Shown: positions 62,053 through 64,000 of the stretch, in pieces
Layout of the letters: each line of letters starts with the position of its first letter
Position numbering within the stretch: the first letter of the stretch is position 1
The notes under the pieces: model-generated
Seen by the model: only the letters and a program-made list of their open reading frames with translations
The model's database searches: none
What the model was told of the DNA's origin: nothing
Origin: Ruditapes philippinarum
Lineage: Eukaryota
Direction of reading: 5' to 3'
Assembly (NCBI RefSeq): GCF_026571515.1
Contig: NW_026859592.1
Coordinates: 124,001-188,000 of the forward strand
DNA: 64,000 nucleotides
Position numbers and translations under genes: made by a program

Positions 62053-63097
62053 CGGTATGCCTAAAATACGAAAGTGAGATTTTTGACGAAAGTGAGCGAA
62101 AGTGAGCGAAAGTGAGCGAAAGTGACTTTTAAAATTTGAATTGTACCGTTTTAATAGAATTTCAAAGTGAATTTTCTGTTTGTGGACGTACATTATTAGC
62201 AACTAATAATATTTCTTTTCAAAAATAATCACTAATATAGTCTATGATGATTTAAATGCCATTTATTTGCATTATTTCTATACACAAGTTCTGAGATCTT
62301 CCTTTCGCTCACTTTGAAAAATACGAAAGTGACTTGTAAATTATTAAATATGGAATTGAAATTTATACTAAAATTGCAGTTTGCAGACGTATATTATCAG
62401 AAATCTATAATTTTTATTTTAAAAAATAATCATTATGATCTTTTATCACCATTTATTTGACATAATTTTTATATACAAGTTCAGCAATCTTCCTTTCGCT
62501 TACATAGAAAATACGAAAGTGACTTCTAAAATATAGTGTTTAATTGAAATATAGTGTTGAATATCAAATTATTTATTTCTGATGTTATATGTTTACAAAC
62601 TGCAATTTAAGTACATTTTTCAATTCAAACTCTATATTTGATATTTTACAAGTCACTTTCGTATGTTTCATTAAGCGAAAGGAAGATCGCTGATGTGTAT
62701 ATATAGAAATTATGCAAAAAAATGGGGTCTAATGATTAATTTAGAAAATAAATAATAGTAATTTCTTATAATACACGTTTACAAACTGCAGATATAGTAC
62801 ATTTTCAATTTAAACTCTATATTTAATACTTTACAAGTCACTTTCGTATTTTTATATGCAAGTGAAAGGAAGAGTGCTGAACTTGTATATAGAAATTATG
62901 CCAATAAATGGCGATTAAATCATGATTATGGTTATTTATTATAATACATATAATAAGTTGCTAATAATATACGTATGCAAACAGCAATTTTACTGTAAAA
63001 TTCTATTAAAACAGTACAATTCAAATTCTAAAAGTCACTTTCGCTCACTTTCGCTCACTTTCGTCAAAAATCTCACTTTCGTATTTTAGGCAAACCC
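62053..63097. mobile_element. Foldback/Mutator-like palindromic element (1,045 bp)
   Basis: Perfect 9-bp TSD TAAAAAAAG at 62044-62052 and 63098-63106; long inverted arms starting TGCCTAAAATACGAAAGTGAG with (CGAAAGTGAG)n and about 190-bp internal subunits. Confidence 0.9.
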
Positions 63098-63140
63098 TAA
63101 AAAAAGAGGGAAACATCTTCAAGACGTTTCACTCCCATAA

Positions 63141-64000
63141 TAATTTTGGGAGTAAAACGTCTGACTCTTGGTCAAGTTGGTGTGAACCATCCCAATAGTA
63201 AAACGTCTGTCTACCCCGGTTTTGGTGGTCCCAAGTGGTGGTTTTACATAAAATTATTGTGCTAATTGTGCATATATCATCTAGTTAACAATAAGATATC
63301 ACAACTGAATATTTCACAGTAAACAGATTTACAGGATGAGCATGCTGATGCCCAACTGATGATGAGACTAGAACTTTTTCAAAATTTTCATGAAATGTCA
63401 GAAATGTTACATAGATACTATCGCTTTAAATGTTTTAGAAATAACATAGTTTCCGATAGTTCTAATATCTAATTTACCTTTCTCGGTGAATACAGAACTA
63501 CTTTTGCATGAAATCAAGATGATATTTCAACTTTTTTGTCAACAAAGATTTCCATTTTAGGTTCAAACCAAAACGTACGTACATATCAGAGTTCATCCAA
63601 ATATTGATCACGTGATTATCTAAGTTGCTTACGACTAAAGCGTCTGGTCAGTTTACGTCATCTCGGCTAGGTTAGTGATCAAAGGGAAACAACTGACTAT
63701 ATCCACTTTTCTCATTGAGAACACAACCGTTTAACGCCTTACGCAATCTGTTTTCAACAGCATTAATTAAAAAAAAAAAATCACTGTAATGTCAAATATT
63801 TTCTTGTTATCATCAACAGTAGGAATATTTTTCATTTTCTCAGACATAACTTATCTTCATAGCTATTGATAAAAAATAATTATTCAAGTGTTAAAAACCA
63901 TTCCTTATTAATTAAATGGACTAACAAATTTACATAAATCTTATTAGTGAACTTTGTGTTCTCTAATTTCAAAGACCACGGTGTCCTGTATAAAGGAGCA
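63141..64000 (+). repeat. Local duplication, copy 2, running off the window
   Basis: Colinear near-identity with 59725-60591. Confidence 0.92.

Noticed and set aside
62070-62126. IRF/ISRE-like GAAAGTGA cluster as an immune enhancer
   Set aside because: Spacing does not match GAAANNGAAA, and the motifs are better explained as subterminal repeats of the foldback element.

Overview
This is AT-rich animal genomic DNA; the repeat families suggest a mollusc, probably a bivalve (inference). One multi-exon gene on the minus strand dominates the window: a PX-SH3-RhoGAP protein of the ARHGAP32/ARHGAP33 (Drosophila CdGAPr) family. I traced 18 coding exons by hand from 25914 down to the left edge. All have GT-AG junctions and join in phase, giving about 6.4 kb of CDS (over 2,100 aa) with the stop codon outside the window. 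The last exon is over 4.1 kb and holds a 17-aa Ser-Pro repeat. The most 5' shared exon has no start codon and needs a phase-2 donor. Between 27.4 and 52.3 kb there are several separate ATG-initiated segments ending in AG|GT at phase 2, which look like an array of alternative first exons giving different N-termini. This is the most interesting observation, but it needs transcript data. Introns and upstream DNA carry many non-autonomous elements: six DINE-1/HINE-like elements, piggyBac-like and Kolobok-like TTAA MITEs, Mutator/foldback-like palindromes with 9-bp TSDs, nested insertions and tRNA-derived SINEs. A duplication of over 850 bp containing E-box/CRE motifs lies at the right end. I found no CRISPR array, true tRNA/rRNA gene or autonomous transposase.
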